A stretch of DNA of 64,000 nt from Eledone cirrhosa (taxonomy: Eukaryota). Within the stretch, counting starts at the first letter, position 1. Every line of letters starts with the position of its first letter. The notes beneath the pieces were generated by a model. It saw only the letters and a program-made list of their open reading frames with translations, was not told the DNA's origin and made no database searches. A program made the position numbers and the translations under genes. The stretch spans positions 10,664,001-10,728,000 of the forward strand of contig OZ024749.1 of NCBI GenBank assembly GCA_964016885.1, written 5' to 3'. Below are positions 39,036 to 53,387 of the stretch, one piece after another.

Positions 39036-42000
39036 ACCACTTTACAAGGTGGGTTGGGTGTGTTTTATTGTGGCACCAGTACTACCACTTTACAGGGTGG
39101 GTTGGGTGTGTTTTATTGTGGCACCAGTACTACCACTTTACAGGGTGGGTTGGGTGTGTTTTATTGTGGCACCAGTACTACCACTTTACAGGGTGGGTTG
39201 GGTGTGTTTTATTGTGGCACCAGTACTACCACTTTACAAGGTGGGTTGGGTGTGTTTTATTGTGGCACCAGTACTACCACTTTACAGGGTGGGTTGGGTG
39301 TGTTTTATTGTGGCACCAGTACTACCACTTTACAGGGTGGGTTGGGTGTGTTTTATTGTGGCACCAGTACTACCACTTTACAGGGTAGGTTGGGTGTGTT
39401 TTATTGTGGCACCAGCACTACCACTTTACAGGGTGGGTTGGGTGTGTTTTATTGTGGGACCAGCACTACCACTTTACAGGGTAGGTTGGGTGTGTTTTAT
39501 TGTGGGACCAGTACTACCACTTTACAGGGTGCGTTGTGTGTGTTTTATTGTGGCACCAGTTATACCACTTTACAGGGTGGGTTGGGTGTGTTTTATTGTG
39601 CCACCAGTACTACCACTTTACAGGGTGGGTTGGGTGTGTTTTATTGTGCCACCAGTACTACCACTTTACAGGGTGGGTTGGGTGTGTTTTATTGTGCCAC
39701 CAGTACTACCACTTTACAGGGTGGGTTGGGTGTGTTTTATTGTGAGACCAGTACTACCACTTTACAGGGTGGGTTGGGTGTGTTTTATTGTGGGACCAGT
39801 ACTACCACTTTACAGGGTGCGTTGTGTGTGTTTTATTGTGGCACCAGTACTACCACTTTACAGGGTAGGTTGGGTGTGTTTTATTGTGGGACCAGTACTA
39901 CCACTTTACAGGGTGCGTTGTGTGTGTTTTATTGTGGCACCAGTACTACCACTTTACAGGGTGGGTTGGGTGTGTTTTATTGTGCCACCAGTACTACCAC
40001 TTTACAGGGTGGGTTGGGTGTGTTTTATTGTGGCACCAGTACTACCACTTTACACGGTGGGTTGGGTGTGTTTTATTGTGGCATCAATACTACCACTTTA
40101 CAGGGTGGGTTGGGTGTGTTTTATTGTGGCACCAGTACTACCACTTTACAGGGTGGGTTGGGTGTGTTTTATTGTGCCACCAGTACTACCACTTTACAGG
40201 GTGGGTTGGGTGTGTTTTATTGTGGCATCAATACTACCACTTTACAGGGTGGGTTGGGTGTGTTTTATTGTGGCACCAGTACTACCACTTTACAGGGTGG
40301 GTTGGGTGTGTTTTATTGTGGCACCAGTACTACCACTTTACAGGGTGGGTTGGGTGTGTTTTATTGTGGCATCAATACTACCACTTTACAGGGTGGGTTG
40401 GGTGTGTTTTATTGTGCCACCAGTACTACCACTTCACAGGGTGGGTTGGGTGTGTTTTATTGTGGCATCAATACTACCACTTTACAGGGTGGGTTGGGTG
40501 TGTTTTATTGTGGCACCAGTACTACCACTTTACAGGGTGGGTTGGGTGTGTTTTATTGTGGGACCAATACTACCACTTTACAGGGTGGGTTGGGTGTGTT
40601 TTATTGTGGGACCAATACTACCACTTTACAGGGTGGGTTGGGTGTGTTTTATTGTGGGACCAATACTACCACTTTACAGGGTGGGTTGGGTGTGTTTTAT
40701 TGTGGGACCAATACTACCACTTTACAGGGTGGGTTGGGTGTGTTTTATTGTGCCACCAGTACTACCACTTTACAGGGTGGGTTGGGTGTGTTTTATTGTG
40801 CCACCAGTACTACCACTTTACAGGGTGGGTTGGGTGTGTTTTATTGTGCCACCAGTACTACCACTTTACAGGGTGGGTTGGGTATGTTTTATTGTGGGAC
40901 CAATACTACCACTTTACAGGGTGGGTTTTATTGTGGGACCAATACTACCACTTTACAGGGTGGGTTGGGTGTGTTTTATTGTGCCACCAGTACTACCACT
41001 TTACAGGGTGGGTTGGGTGTGTTTTATTGTGCCACCAGTACTACCACTTTACAAGGTGGGTTGGGTGTGTTTTATTGTGCCACCAGTACTACCACTTTAC
41101 AGGGTAGGTTGGGTGTGTTTTATTGTGGCATCAATACTACCACTTTACAGGGTGGGTTGGGTGTGTTTTATTGTGGCACCAGTACTACCACTTTACAGGG
41201 TGGGTTGGGTGTGTTTTATTGTGGCACCAGTACTACCACTTTACAGGGTGGGTTGGGTGTGTTTTATTGTGGCATCAATACTACCACTTTACAGGGTGGG
41301 TTGGGTGTGTTTTATTGTGCCACCAGTACTACCACTTCACAGGGTGGGTTGGGTGTGTTTTATTGTGGCATCAATACTACCACTTTACAGGGTGGGTTGG
41401 GTGTGTTTTATTGTGGCACCAGTACTACCACTTTACAGGGTGGGTTGGGTGTGTTTTATTGTGGGACCAATACTACCACTTTACAGGGTGGGTTGGGTGT
41501 GTTTTATTGTGGGACCAATACTACCACTTTACAGGGTGGGTTGGGTGTGTTTTATTGTGGGACCAATACTACCACTTTACAGGGTGGGTTGGGTGTGTTT
41601 TATTGTGGGACCAATACTACCACTTTACAGGGTGGGTTGGGTGTGTTTTATTGTGCCACCAGTACTACCACTTTACAGGGTGGGTTGGGTGTGTTTTATT
41701 GTGCCACCAGTACTACCACTTTACAGGGTGGGTTGGGTGTGTTTTATTGTGCCACCAGTACTACCACTTTACAGGGTGGGTTGGGTATGTTTTATTGTGG
41801 GACCAATACTACCACTTTACAGGGTGGGTTTTATTGTGGGACCAATACTACCACTTTACAGGGTGGGTTGGGTGTGTTTTATTGTGCCACCAGTACTACC
41901 ACTTTACAGGGTGGGTTGGGTGTGTTTTATTGTGCCACCAGTACTACCACTTTACAAGGTGGGTTGGGTGTGTTTTATTGTGCCACCAGTACTACCACTT

Positions 42001-45000
42001 TACAGGGTAGGTTGGGTGTGTTTTATTGTGCCACCAGTACTACCACTTTACAGGGTAGGTTGGGTGTGTTTTATTGTGGCACCAGTACTACCACTTTACA
42101 GGGTGGGTTGGGTGTGTTTTATTGTGGCACCAGTACTACCACTTTACAGGGTGGGTTGGGTGTGTTTTATTGTGGCACCAGTACTACCACTTTACAGGGT
42201 GGGTTGGGTGTGTTTTATTGTGGGACCAGCACTACCACTTTACAAGGTGGGTTGGGTGTGTTTTATTGTGCCACCAGTACTACCACTTTACAGGGTGGGT
42301 TGGGTGTGTTTTATTGTGGCACCAGTACTACCACTTTACAGGGTGGGTTGGGTGTGTTTTATTGTGGGACCAGTACAACCACTTTACAGGGTGGGTTGGG
42401 TGTGTTTTATTGTGCCACCAGTACTACCACTTTACAGGGTGGGTTGGGTGTGTTTTATTGTGGCACCAGTACTACCACTTTACAGGGTGGGTTGGGTGTG
42501 TTTTATTGTGCCACCAGTACTACCACTTTACAGGGTGGGTTGGGTGTGTTTTATTGTGACACCAGTACTACCACTTTACAGGGTGGGTTGGGTGTGTTTT
42601 ATTGTGCCACCAGTACTACCACTTTACAGGGTGGGTTGGGTGTGTTTTATTGTGGCACCAGTACTACCACTTTACAGGGTAGGTTGGGTGTGTTTTATTG
42701 TGACACCAGTACTACCACTTTACAGGGTGGGTTGGGTGTGTTTTATTGTGGCACCAGTACTACCACTTTACAGGGTAGGTTGGGTGTGTTTTATTGTGCC
42801 ACCAGTACTACCACTTTACAGGGTGGGTTGGGTGTGTTTTATTGTGGCACCAGTACTACCACTTTACAGGGTGGGTTGGGTGTGTTTTATTGTGGCACCA
42901 GTACTACCACTTTACAGGGTGGGTTGGGTGTGTTTTATTGTGGCACCAGTACTACCACTTTACAGGGTGGGTTGGGTGTGTTTTATTGTGGCACCAGTAC
43001 TACCACTTTACAAGGTGGGTTGGGTGTGTTTTATTGTGCCACCAGTACTACCACTTTACAGGGTCGGTTGGGTGTGTTTTATTGTGGCACCAGTACTACC
43101 ACTTTACAGGGTGGGTTGGGTGTGTTTTATTGTGGCACCAGTACTACCACTTTACAAGGTGGGTTGGGTGTGTTTTATTGTGGCACCAGTACTACCACTT
43201 TACAAGGTGGGTTGGGTGTGTTTTATTGTGGCACCAGTACTACCACTTTACAGGGTGGGTTGGGTGTGTTTTATTGTGGCACCAGTACTACCACTTTACA
43301 GGGTGGGTTGGGTGTGTTTTATTGTGCCACCAGTACTACCACTTTACAAGGTGGGTTGGGTGTGTTTTATTGTGCCACCAGTACTACCACTTTACAGGGT
43401 GGGTTGGGTGTGTTTTATTGTGGCACCAGTACTACCACTTTACAAGGTGGGTTGGGTGTGTTTTATTGTGGCACCAGTACTACCACTTTACAAGGTGGGT
43501 TGGGTGTGTTTTATTGTGGAACCAGTACTACCACTTTACAAGGTGGGTCGGGTGTGTTTTATTGTCGCACCAGTACTACCACTTTACAGGGTAGGTTGGG
43601 TGTGTTTTATTGTGGCACCAGCACTACCACTTTACAAGGTGGGTTGGGTGTGTTTTATTGTGGCACCAGTACTACCACTTTACAGGGTAGGTTGGGTGTG
43701 TTTTATTGTGCCACCAGTACTACCACTTTACAAGGTGGGTTGGGTGTGTTTTATTGTGGCACCAGTACTACCACTTTACAGGGTAGGTTGGGTTTGTTTT
43801 ATTGTGGCACCAGTACTACCACTTTACAAGGTGGGTTGGGTGTGTTTTATTGTGGCACCAGTACTACCACTTTACAAGGTGGGTTGGGTGTGTTTTATTG
43901 TGGCACCAGTACTACCACTTTACAAGGTGGGTTGGGTGTGTTTTATTGTGGCACCAGTACTACCACTTTACAAGGTGGGTTGGGTGTGTTTTATTGTGGC
44001 ACCAGTACTACCACTTTACAGGGTGGGTTGGGTGTGTTTTATTGTGACACCAGTACTACCACTTTACAGGGTGGGTTGGGTGTGTTTTATTGTGCCACCA
44101 GTACTACCACTTTACAGGGTGGGTTGGGTGTGTTTTATTGTGGCACCAGTACTACCACTTTACAGGGTAGGTTGGGTGTGTTTTATTGTGCCACCAGTAC
44201 TACCACTTTACAGGGTGGGTTGGGTGTGTTTTATTGTGGCACCAGTACTACCACTTTACAGGGTAGGTTGGGTGTGTTTTATTGTGCCACCAGTACTACC
44301 ACTTTACAGGGTGGGTTGGGTGTGTTTTATTGTGGCACCAGTACTACCACTTTACAGGGTGGGTTGGGTGTGTTTTATTGTGGCACCAGTACTACCACTT
44401 TACAGGGTGGGTTGGGTGTGTTTTATTGTGGCACCAGTACTACCACTTTACAGGGTGGGTTGGGTGTGTTTTATTGTGGCACCAGTACTACCACTTTACA
44501 AGGTGGGTTGGGTGTGTTTTATTGTGCCACCAGTACTACCACTTTACAGGGTCGGTTGGGTGTGTTTTATTGTGGCACCAGTACTACCACTTTACAGGGT
44601 GGGTTGGGTGTGTTTTATTGTGGCACCAGTACTACCACTTTACAAGGTGGGTTGGGTGTGTTTTATTGTGGCACCAGTACTACCACTTTACAAGGTGGGT
44701 TGGGTGTGTTTTATTGTGGCACCAGTACTACCACTTTACAGGGTGGGTTGGGTGTGTTTTATTGTGGCACCAGTACTACCACTTTACAGGGTGGGTTGGG
44801 TGTGTTTTATTGTGCCACCAGTACTACCACTTTACAAGGTGGGTTGGGTGTGTTTTATTGTGCCACCAGTACTACCACTTTACAGGGTGGGTTGGGTGTG
44901 TTTTATTGTGGCACCAGTACTACCACTTTACAAGGTGGGTTGGGTGTGTTTTATTGTGGCACCAGTACTACCACTTTACAAGGTGGGTTGGGTGTGTTTT

Positions 45001-48000
45001 ATTGTGGAACCAGTACTACCACTTTACAAGGTGGGTCGGGTGTGTTTTATTGTCGCACCAGTACTACCACTTTACAGGGTAGGTTGGGTGTGTTTTATTG
45101 TGGCACCAGCACTACCACTTTACAAGGTGGGTTGGGTGTGTTTTATTGTGGCACCAGTACTACCACTTTACAGGGTAGGTTGGGTGTGTTTTATTGTGCC
45201 ACCAGTACTACCACTTTACAAGGTGGGTTGAGTGTGTTTTATTGTGGCACCAGTACTACCACTTTACAGGGTAGGTTGGGTTTGTTTTATTGTGGCACCA
45301 GTACTACCACTTTACAAGGTGGGTTGGGTGTGTTTTATTGTGGCACCAGTACTACCACTTTACAAGGTGGGTTGGGTGTGTTTTATTGTGGCACCAGTAC
45401 TACCACTTTACAAGGTGGGTTGGGTGTGTTTTATTGTGGCACCAGTACTACCACTTTACAAGGTGGGTTGGGTGTGTTTTATTGTGGCACCAGTACTACC
45501 ACTTTACAAGGTGGGTTGGGTGTGTTTTATTGTGGCACCAGTACTACCACTTTACAAGGTGGGTTGGGTGTGTTTTATTGTGGCACCAGTACTACCACTT
45601 TACAAGGTGGGTTGGGTGTGTTTTATTGTGGAACCAGTACTACCACTTTACAAGGTGGGTTGGGTGTGTTTTATTGTGGCACCAGTACTACCACTTTACA
45701 AGGTGGGTTGGGTTTGTTTTATTGTGGCACCAGTACTACCACTTTACAAGGTGGGTTGGGTGTGTTTTATTGTGGCACCAGTACTACCACTTTACAAGGT
45801 GGGTTGGGTTTGTTTTATTGTGGCACCAGTACTACCACTTTACAAGGTGGGTTGGGTGTGTTTTATTGTGGCACCAGTACTACCACTTTACAAGGTGGGT
45901 TGGGTTTGTTTTATTGTGCCACCAGTACTACCACTTTACAGGGTGGGTTGGGTGTGTTTTATTGTGCCACCAGTACTACCACTTTACAAGGTGGGTTGGG
46001 TGTGTTTTATTGTGCCACCAGTACTACCACTTTACAGGGTAGGTTGGGTGTGTTTTATTGTGGCATCAATACTACCACTTTACAGGGTGGGTTGGGTGTG
46101 TTTTATTGTGGCACCAGTACTACCACTTTACAGGGTGGGTTGGGTGTGTTTTATTGTGGCACCAGTACTACCACTTTACAGGGTGGGTTGGGTGTGTTTT
46201 ATTGTGGCATCAATACTACCACTTTACAGGGTGGGTTGGGTGTGTTTTATTGTGCCACCAGTACTACCACTTCACAGGGTGGGTTGGGTGTGTTTTATTG
46301 TGGCATCAATACTACCACTTTACAGGGTGGGTTGGGTGTGTTTTATTGTGGCACCAGTACTACCACTTTACAGGGTGGGTTGGGTGTGTTTTATTGTGGG
46401 ACCAATACTACCACTTTACAGGGTGGGTTGGGTGTGTTTTATTGTGGGACCAATACTACCACTTTACAGGGTGGGTTGGGTGTGTTTTATTGTGGGACCA
46501 ATACTACCACTTTACAGGGTGGGTTGGGTGTGTTTTATTGTGGGACCAATACTACCACTTTACAGGGTGGGTTGGGTGTGTTTTATTGTGCCACCAGTAC
46601 TACCACTTTACAGGGTGGGTTGGGTGTGTTTTATTGTGCCACCAGTACTACCACTTTACAGGGTGGGTTGGGTGTGTTTTATTGTGCCACCAGTACTACC
46701 ACTTTACAGGGTGGGTTGGGTATGTTTTATTGTGGGACCAATACTACCACTTTACAGGGTGGGTTTTATTGTGGGACCAATACTACCACTTTACAGGGTG
46801 GGTTGGGTGTGTTTTATTGTGCCACCAGTACTACCACTTTACAGGGTGGGTTGGGTGTGTTTTATTGTGCCACCAGTACTACCACTTTACAAGGTGGGTT
46901 GGGTGTGTTTTATTGTGCCACCAGTACTACCACTTTACAGGGTAGGTTGGGTGTGTTTTATTGTGCCACCAGTACTACCACTTTACAGGGTAGGTTGGGT
47001 GTGTTTTATTGTGGCACCAGTACTACCACTTTACAGGGTGGGTTGGGTGTGTTTTATTGTGGCACCAGTACTACCACTTTACAGGGTGGGTTGGGTGTGT
47101 TTTATTGTGGCACCAGTACTACCACTTTACAGGGTGGGTTGGGTGTGTTTTATTGTGGGACCAGCACTACCACTTTACAAGGTGGGTTGGGTGTGTTTTA
47201 TTGTGCCACCAGTACTACCACTTTACAGGGTGGGTTGGGTGTGTTTTATTGTGGCACCAGTACTACCACTTTACAGGGTGGGTTGGGTGTGTTTTATTGT
47301 GGGACCAGTACAACCACTTTACAGGGTGGGTTGGGTGTGTTTTATTGTGCCACCAGTACTACCACTTTACAGGGTGGGTTGGGTGTGTTTTATTGTGGCA
47401 CCAGTACTACCACTTTACAGGGTGGGTTGGGTGTGTTTTATTGTGCCACCAGTACTACCACTTTACAGGGTGGGTTGGGTGTGTTTTATTGTGACACCAG
47501 TACTACCACTTTACAGGGTGGGTTGGGTGTGTTTTATTGTGCCACCAGTACTACCACTTTACAGGGTGGGTTGGGTGTGTTTTATTGTGGCACCAGTACT
47601 ACCACTTTACAGGGTAGGTTGGGTGTGTTTTATTGTGACACCAGTACTACCACTTTACAGGGTGGGTTGGGTGTGTTTTATTGTGGCACCAGTACTACCA
47701 CTTTACAGGGTAGGTTGGGTGTGTTTTATTGTGCCACCAGTACTACCACTTTACAGGGTGGGTTGGGTGTGTTTTATTGTGGCACCAGTACTACCACTTT
47801 ACAGGGTGGGTTGGGTGTGTTTTATTGTGGCACCAGTACTACCACTTTACAGGGTGGGTTGGGTGTGTTTTATTGTGGCACCAGTACTACCACTTTACAG
47901 GGTGGGTTGGGTGTGTTTTATTGTGGCACCAGTACTACCACTTTACAAGGTGGGTTGGGTGTGTTTTATTGTGCCACCAGTACTACCACTTTACAGGGTC

Positions 48001-51000
48001 GGTTGGGTGTGTTTTATTGTGGCACCAGTACTACCACTTTACAGGGTGGGTTGGGTGTGTTTTATTGTGGCACCAGTACTACCACTTTACAAGGTGGGTT
48101 GGGTGTGTTTTATTGTGGCACCAGTACTACCACTTTACAAGGTGGGTTGGGTGTGTTTTATTGTGGCACCAGTACTACCACTTTACAGGGTGGGTTGGGT
48201 GTGTTTTATTGTGGCACCAGTACTACCACTTTACAGGGTGGGTTGGGTGTGTTTTATTGTGCCACCAGTACTACCACTTTACAAGGTGGGTTGGGTGTGT
48301 TTTATTGTGCCACCAGTACTACCACTTTACAGGGTGGGTTGGGTGTGTTTTATTGTGGCACCAGTACTACCACTTTACAAGGTGGGTTGGGTGTGTTTTA
48401 TTGTGGCACCAGTACTACCATTTTACAAGGTGGGTTGGGTGTGTTTTATTGTGGAACCAGTACTACCACTTTACAAGGTGGGTCGGGTGTGTTTTATTGT
48501 CGCACCAGTACTACCACTTTACAGGGTAGGTTGGGTGTGTTTTATTGTGGCACCAGCACTACCACTTTACAAGGTGGGTTGGGTGTGTTTTATTGTGGCA
48601 CCAGTACTACCACTTTACAGGGTAGGTTGGGTGTGTTTTATTGTGCCACCAGTACTACCACTTTACAAGGTGGGTTGGGTGTGTTTTATTGTGGCACCAG
48701 TACTACCACTTTACAGGGTAGGTTGGGTTTGTTTTATTGTGGCACCAGTACTACCACTTTACAAGGTGGGTTGGGTGTGTTTTATTGTGGCACCAGTACT
48801 ACCACTTTACAAGGTGGGTTGGGTGTGTTTTATTGTGGCACCAGTACTACCACTTTACAAGGTGGGTTGGGTGTGTTTTATTGTGGCACCAGTACTACCA
48901 CTTTACAAGGTGGGTTGGGTGTGTTTTATTGTGGCACCAGTACTACCACTTTACAGGGTGGGTTGGGTGTGTTTTATTGTGACACCAGTACTACCACTTT
49001 ACAGGGTGGGTTGGGTGTGTTTTATTGTGCCACCAGTACTACCACTTTACAGGGTGGGTTGGGTGTGTTTTATTGTGGCACCAGTACTACCACTTTACAG
49101 GGTAGGTTGGGTGTGTTTTATTGTGCCACCAGTACTACCACTTTACAGGGTGGGTTGGGTGTGTTTTATTGTGGCACCAGTACTACCACTTTACAGGGTA
49201 GGTTGGGTGTGTTTTATTGTGCCACCAGTACTACCACTTTACAGGGTGGGTTGGGTGTGTTTTATTGTGGCACCAGTACTACCACTTTACAGGGTGGGTT
49301 GGGTGTGTTTTATTGTGGCACCAGTACTACCACTTTACAGGGTGGGTTGGGTGTGTTTTATTGTGGCACCAGTACTACCACTTTACAGGGTGGGTTGGGT
49401 GTGTTTTATTGTGGCACCAGTACTACCACTTTACAAGGTGGGTTGGGTGTGTTTTATTGTGCCACCAGTACTACCACTTTACAGGGTCGGTTGGGTGTGT
49501 TTTATTGTGGCACCAGTACTACCACTTTACAGGGTGGGTTGGGTGTGTTTTATTGTGGCACCAGTACTACCACTTTACAAGGTGGGTTGGGTGTGTTTTA
49601 TTGTGGCACCAGTACTACCACTTTACAAGGTGGGTTGGGTGTGTTTTATTGTGGCACCAGTACTACCACTTTACAGGGTGGGTTGGGTGTGTTTTATTGT
49701 GGCACCAGTACTACCACTTTACAGGGTGGGTTGGGTGTGTTTTATTGTGCCACCAGTACTACCACTTTACAAGGTGGGTTGGGTGTGTTTTATTGTGCCA
49801 CCAGTACTACCACTTTACAGGGTGGGTTGGGTGTGTTTTATTGTGGCACCAGTACTACCACTTTACAAGGTGGGTTGGGTGTGTTTTATTGTGGCACCAG
49901 TACTACCACTTTACAAGGTGGGTTGGGTGTGTTTTATTGTGGAACCAGTACTACCACTTTACAAGGTGGGTCGGGTGTGTTTTATTGTCGCACCAGTACT
50001 ACCACTTTACAGGGTAGGTTGGGTGTGTTTTATTGTGGCACCAGTACTACCACTTTACAGGGTAGGTTGGGTGTGTTTTATTGTGCCACCAGTACTACCA
50101 CTTTACAAGGTGGGTTGGGTGTGTTTTATTGTGGCACCAGTACTACCACTTTACAGGGTAGGTTGGGTTTGTTTTATTGTGGCACCAGTACTACCACTTT
50201 ACAAGGTGGGTTGGGTGTGTTTTATTGTGGCACCAGTACTACCACTTTACAAGGTGGGTTGGGTGTGTTTTATTGTGGCACCAGTACTACCACTTTACAA
50301 GGTGGGTTGGGTGTGTTTTATTGTGGCACCAGTACTACCACTTTACAAGGTGGGTTGGGTGTGTTTTATTGTGGCACCAGTACTACCACTTTACAAGGTG
50401 GGTTGGGTGTGTTTTATTGTGGCACCAGTACTACCACTTTACAAGGTGGGTTGGGTGTGTTTTATTGTGGCACCAGTACTACCACTTTACAAGGTGGGTT
50501 GGGTGTGTTTTATTGTGGAACCAGTACTACCACTTTACAAGGTGGGTTGGGTGTGTTTTATTGTGGCACCAGTACTACCACTTTACAAGGTGGGTTGGGT
50601 TTGTTTTATTGTGGCACCAGTACTACCACTTTACAAGGTGGGTTGGGTGTGTTTTATTGTGGCACCAGTACTACCACTTTACAAGGTGGGTTGGGTTTGT
50701 TTTATTGTGGCACCAGTACTACCACTTTACAAGGTGGGTTGGGTGTGTTTTATTGTGGCACCAGTACTACCACTTTACAAGGTGGGTTGGGTTTGTTTTA
50801 TTGTGGCACCAGTACTACCACTTTACAAGGTGGGTTGGGTGTGTTTTATTGTGGCACCAGTACTACCACTTTACAAGGTGGGTTGGGTGTGTTTTATTGT
50901 GGCACCAGTACTACCACTTTACAGGGTGGGTTGGATGTGTTTTATTGTGGGACCAATACTACCACTTTACAGGGTAGGTTGGGTGTGTTTTATTGTGGGA

Positions 51001-51356
51001 CCAGTACTACCACTTTACAAGGTGGGTTGGGTGTGTTTTATTGTGGTACCAGTACTACCACTTTACAAGGTGGGTTGGGTGTGTTTTATTGTGGCACCAG
51101 TACTACCACCTTACAAGGTGGGTTGGATGTGTTTTATTGTGGTACCAGTACTACAACTTTACAGGGTGCGTTGTGTGTGTTTTATTGTGGCACCAGTACT
51201 ACCACTTTACAAGGTGGGTTGGGTGTGTTTTATTGTGGCACCAGTACTACCACTTTACAGGGTGGGTTGGGTGGGTTTTATTGTGGGACCAGTACTGCCA
51301 CTTTACAAGGTGGGTTGGGTGTGTTTTATTGTTGTACCAGTACTGCCACTTTACAG
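39036..51356. repeat. 48-bp satellite (~257 copies) with nested higher-order repeats
   Basis: Monomer ACCACTTTACAGGGTGGGTTGGGTGTGTTTTATTGTGGCACCAGTACT. Variant patterns recur at 903, 1488 and 4935 bp. Confidence 0.98.
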
Positions 51357-51399
51357 ATTTGTTAATTGGGTATGTTTGAGTGTGGGTGGATGGGCAGGA

Positions 51400-52903
51400 T
51401 GGCCTGATTTCATCAGGTGACTGGAGACCGTCCTAGGAACGTCCCATTCTTTAATGTTAGTGGGTGACTGGAATGGGATCTTGGATGCATGCTGAGACTG
51501 TGTGGGACTAATAAATAGGGGAGGAGGGTGTTAAAGCCTCACAAACCTGCTCAGATGTTTCCAACCGTCTGGATTTCCCAAATGTGCCAATGTAGACATG
51601 GACAAACCACATCGGGTCATCCAGATTGTGTCTAGATAAGGTATTTTGTTGGGAAATAGATAGTTCTAGCATAGATTGTCTACAATTCAAGATAATTGAC
51701 TACACAGACCACAAATTTGTGATCTATGTTGTTGACTTAGATAGGCTTCATAGACAGGGATCCGGCAACTGGAAGCTGAATGCATCACTCATGGCATGCA
51801 AAGCCTACAGTGACCGGATTAGAGAATTAGTTAAACAGGAGTTGATGGGGCAATGGTCAACAACAAATGGTGGTTTGCCTTGAAAAGGGTGATTAGAATA
51901 GAGTCCATTAGGTTCAGTAAGCCTTACTGACCCTAATGGATCTACAGTCCTGGATCAACTGAAGACTGAGAGGGAGTGCTTGAAGACTGGAATGTCTTCA
52001 GGTGCTCACAGTCCTCGGCCAATCGGACACTACAATCAGTGGAAACTCCACTTTGGTGTTCTAGTAGAGGGTAAGAGCGATGACATCCTAGAAGAGACTC
52101 CGGGCATCGACGAGAATCAATTAATCAATCTCTTCTGGAGAATTTTCGGCCCGAGGCCCATAGTCAATTTCCAGAAATCTCTGGCCTGGCAGTGTCACCG
52201 AGGAGCTTTGCCAATTCAGGATAAACTCTACAGGCATGGAAATGCCTTCAGTCGGACCTGCCCAAGGTGTTGCAGGGTGACGAAACCTGCACGCACTCGT
52301 TGAGTGTCCAAACATTGCCGACTTGTGGGTTTATGTCGAACATTTTCTGTTGCCTGTAGGACTGATCCGGCTATCAACTGAGTCCATTGTGAGGAATACC
52401 TTGCCGCCTTCCTTTAGTCTGAAAGGGCAGGCAGGTTTTATCTGCTTGGCAAAAGAAGTCGTGTGGTGGACTTAACTCTTTGGCGAAGCCCTAGTTAACT
52501 TTTTTCAAATTTCATTTGAAAAGGAAAATTACGGTGGAGAGGGAAGTGGTCTCTTCCCAGCAATTTGTTGAAAGATGGGTGAGCATGACCCAAGTGAATG
52601 GGCCTGCTCTTAGTATGCGCCTGTAGATTAGAGGTGGAAAACTGGGAGAGGGCACTTGCCCTGGCGGTCAGGATCACTGTGGCTTTTTGTTGGCTTTCTC
52701 CATGAGTGACCTTTGGAGGTCTCCCCCTCCCCCCATTGGGTAATTCTCCTTTGTTACAACTTTTTTTTTCTGCATCCTTTGTTTTTCTTTTATGTTTTTA
52801 TTTCTACACACAGAAATGTCCATTTTTACCATCCGGTGCTGTCCTTAATGTTATGCTTTGTGTCAACCCTTGTGGTTAATAAAGAAAACATTATTATTAT
52901 CAT
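51400..52903 (+). mobile_element. Degenerate, internally deleted Tx1/L1-clade LINE
   Basis: APE motifs (LVGDWN, RL.LD, YTDHK, GNWKLNASL) are followed, with no RT core, by 'SLAWQCHRGALPIQDKLYRHG...TCPRC' (zf-RVT-like). Ends AATAAAGAAAAC(ATT)n. Multiple stops and frameshifts. Confidence 0.8.
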
Positions 52904-53217
52904 ATAGGCTTGGATTGATATAAGGGACTTACTCAATATAAATACCACATTGTAGTGGGGTCGAACCCAGGACCTTATGATTATGAAACAGTCTTGTTAA
53001 CTATGCTGTGCCCATTCAATATATGAATAGATGAAAAGCAGAATAAAAGAATAAATGAATAGGAGAATAAAAGTTGGGGAATAAAAGAATAGGAGAATAA
53101 GATTCCCAAAATGTTCTATCCTGTAAGGTTCAGATAAATTTTTTTGTTGGTTTATTTCCACCTAACACCCCACAATGTGTAATAATGATAATTTGGGGAT
53201 TGATTGATTGATATTTA

Positions 53218-53218
53218 G

Positions 53219-53277
<59 letters not shown>
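53218..53277. repeat. (TA)n microsatellite
   Basis: Direct reading. Confidence 0.95.
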
Positions 53278-53282
<5 letters not shown>

Positions 53283-53354
53283 ATATAACAATATCTGTTT
53301 CAACATACATTTTTAGATAAGAAATCTTGCAAAACAAATACAAAGACGAAGTAT

Positions 53355-53387
<33 letters not shown>

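Noticed and set aside
39018-51420. 4115-aa and ~2060-aa ORFs
   Set aside because: The 48-bp monomer is divisible by 3 and stop-free in several frames at once, the start lies in retroposon UTR sequence, and there are no unique domains. Satellite artefact.
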